A DNA stretch of 64,000 nucleotides from Chara braunii (lineage: Eukaryota; Plantae; Charophyceae): the NCBI GenBank assembly GCA_003427395.1, contig BFEA01000003.1:5015886-5079885 (forward strand). The letters are read 5' to 3'. The notes beneath the pieces were generated by a model that did not search any database, was not told where the DNA came from, and saw nothing but the letters and a program-made list of their open reading frames with translations. The position numbers and the translations under genes were made by a program. Shown here in pieces: positions 62,678-64,000 of this stretch (the first letter of the stretch is position 1; each line of letters begins with the position of its first letter).

Positions 62678-63178
62678 GACCCATGTATACGGTGGGCTTC
62701 CCGGGCGGATAAACGTTCAGGTTGCTATTCCGCTGGCACTTGCTGGCCAATGAAGTGGGACATCCAGACCCCCAGGGGTAACTGGGGGGCCGGGGGGGGG
62801 AGTACACGGCCTTGGGACAGGATGTGGTGACTGGTTACCGTTGGGCCGCGCGGCGGAACACACCGTCGGGGTTACGGTACCATGCCGGCCGTCACACACT
62901 GTCCACCGAAGGCGGACATTCCAGGACTACCGTTTGGACCGAAAAAAAAAAAAAAAAAAAAAGAATTGTTGTCTTCTTTTTCGCTACGGAAGAGGGGGTC
63001 GGCCTCTCCCGAAAACCAAAAGAACTACCGCCCCTGCGATTACGGTCGTGCCTACACGTAGGAGACCGTTTCCACATCCCCGACATGCAGGGGCGGGATC
63101 CTACTTTCGTGGAAAGAAGTGGGATCCCAAATTTTGCCTAAAAGTGACGTCCCTGTAAGAAGTTGGATCAGACCCTAA

Positions 63179-63771
63179 GGGGTGGACCCCACTGGCCGGC
63201 GGCTGGAAACTGGTGTTGGCCACAAAAAACGGCCGACCGTGGTTGGAAAAAACTTGACGCATTTTGAAGGGACCCCACCGATGACCGATAGTTTCGGCAC
63301 TGGAAAAGGCATGGCATACCCGAATAGGAAACCGCCGAAGGGTTTTTCCCGAAAAGGCAAGTCGGGGGGTTGCTGTAGACCATGGCCTGGTACCACACTG
63401 CTCTTGGGAATACCGTGCGACACCACGGGAAAATACGAATGTCCGCCACGGCCTCCGGGTGCACAGAACGGTCCACGACGAGGGTGCATGGTCCACGCCG
63501 TGAAGCCCGCGTCTGGAAACTGATTGACGTGCCCCCCCCCCGCTCAACTGGCCGCCTCCTTGGAAAGGGTCTGGAAACCAGTCGTAGAATTTCCAGACGC
63601 GGAACATGTAGAAACGCCCCATCACCATTTAGGCAACCTCTTTCCAAGTGCAGTGGGGTCTGGAATTCCTTTCCAGGCCAGCTTTCCACACCGGTTTCCA
63701 GACCCAGTGGGGTCTGGAAAACACCCCGGTGCCCAAACTTTTCCAGGCCGCCGGCCAGTGGGGTCCACACC
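63179..63771. mobile_element. Tourist/Harbinger-like non-autonomous element with TAA TSD
   Basis: taa|GGGGTGGACCCCACTGGCCGGCGGC ... GCCGCCGGCCAGTGGGGTCCACACC|taa. Confidence 0.9.
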
Positions 63772-64000
63772 TAAAGCAAACTGGGGTAATGCTCCCTGAC
63801 AAACTCTGAAGCCTATAGCTCGGTAATGGCCGAGCACTTTCTCCCGTGTACCGGGTTGATTTGTGGGGTGTATTCCCGGGCCCCTGTTCTCGCCCTCTTT
63901 GGAATAATAAGCCTACTGTTTTTGAAAAAAAAAAAAGAAAAAAAGAAAAAGGAAAGATTTGAAGTGTTGGAACGATACACAAGAGAAGAAGGAAAAAAAA

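Larger units (their letters stand above)
55189..63175. mobile_element. PIF/Harbinger transposon (~8 kb)
   Basis: Convergent transposase and Myb/trihelix genes; taa|GGGCATGATTCTTCTTCT ... AGAAGTTGGATCAGACCC|taa weak TIRs with TAA TSD. Boundaries are less certain than the class. Confidence 0.8.

Overview
Repeat-dense eukaryotic nuclear DNA with several N gaps, plant/streptophyte-like. A charophyte such as Chara is my inference from element style and is not proven. The one clear host gene is an intronless YchF/OLA1 ATPase (13199-14401, minus). The rest is nested mobile DNA. (1) A decayed full-length Ty3/Gypsy chromovirus (131-8859). (2) Mitochondrial trnF and atp1 fragments and several MITEs. 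(3) An L1-type LINE split by a 16.1-kb TIR transposon (37624-53722, 4-bp TSD, Sola1-like DDD transposase). (4) A PIF/Harbinger element (55189-63175) with transposase and trihelix/Myb genes. The most notable candidate system is the 16-kb transposon. It carries a large divergently transcribed cargo gene with apparent ParB/Srx-like, degenerate beta-class amino-DNA-methyltransferase-like and Ulp1 SUMO-protease domains, plus an orphan ORF. Each of its three genes is preceded by an array of the same CpG-rich 17-bp pseudo-palindrome (GTCGWGTTCRACWCGAC), which suggests a self-targeting or anti-silencing module. A hammerhead ribozyme core lies at 11358-11387. All domain calls are from motif reading by eye, with no database searches.
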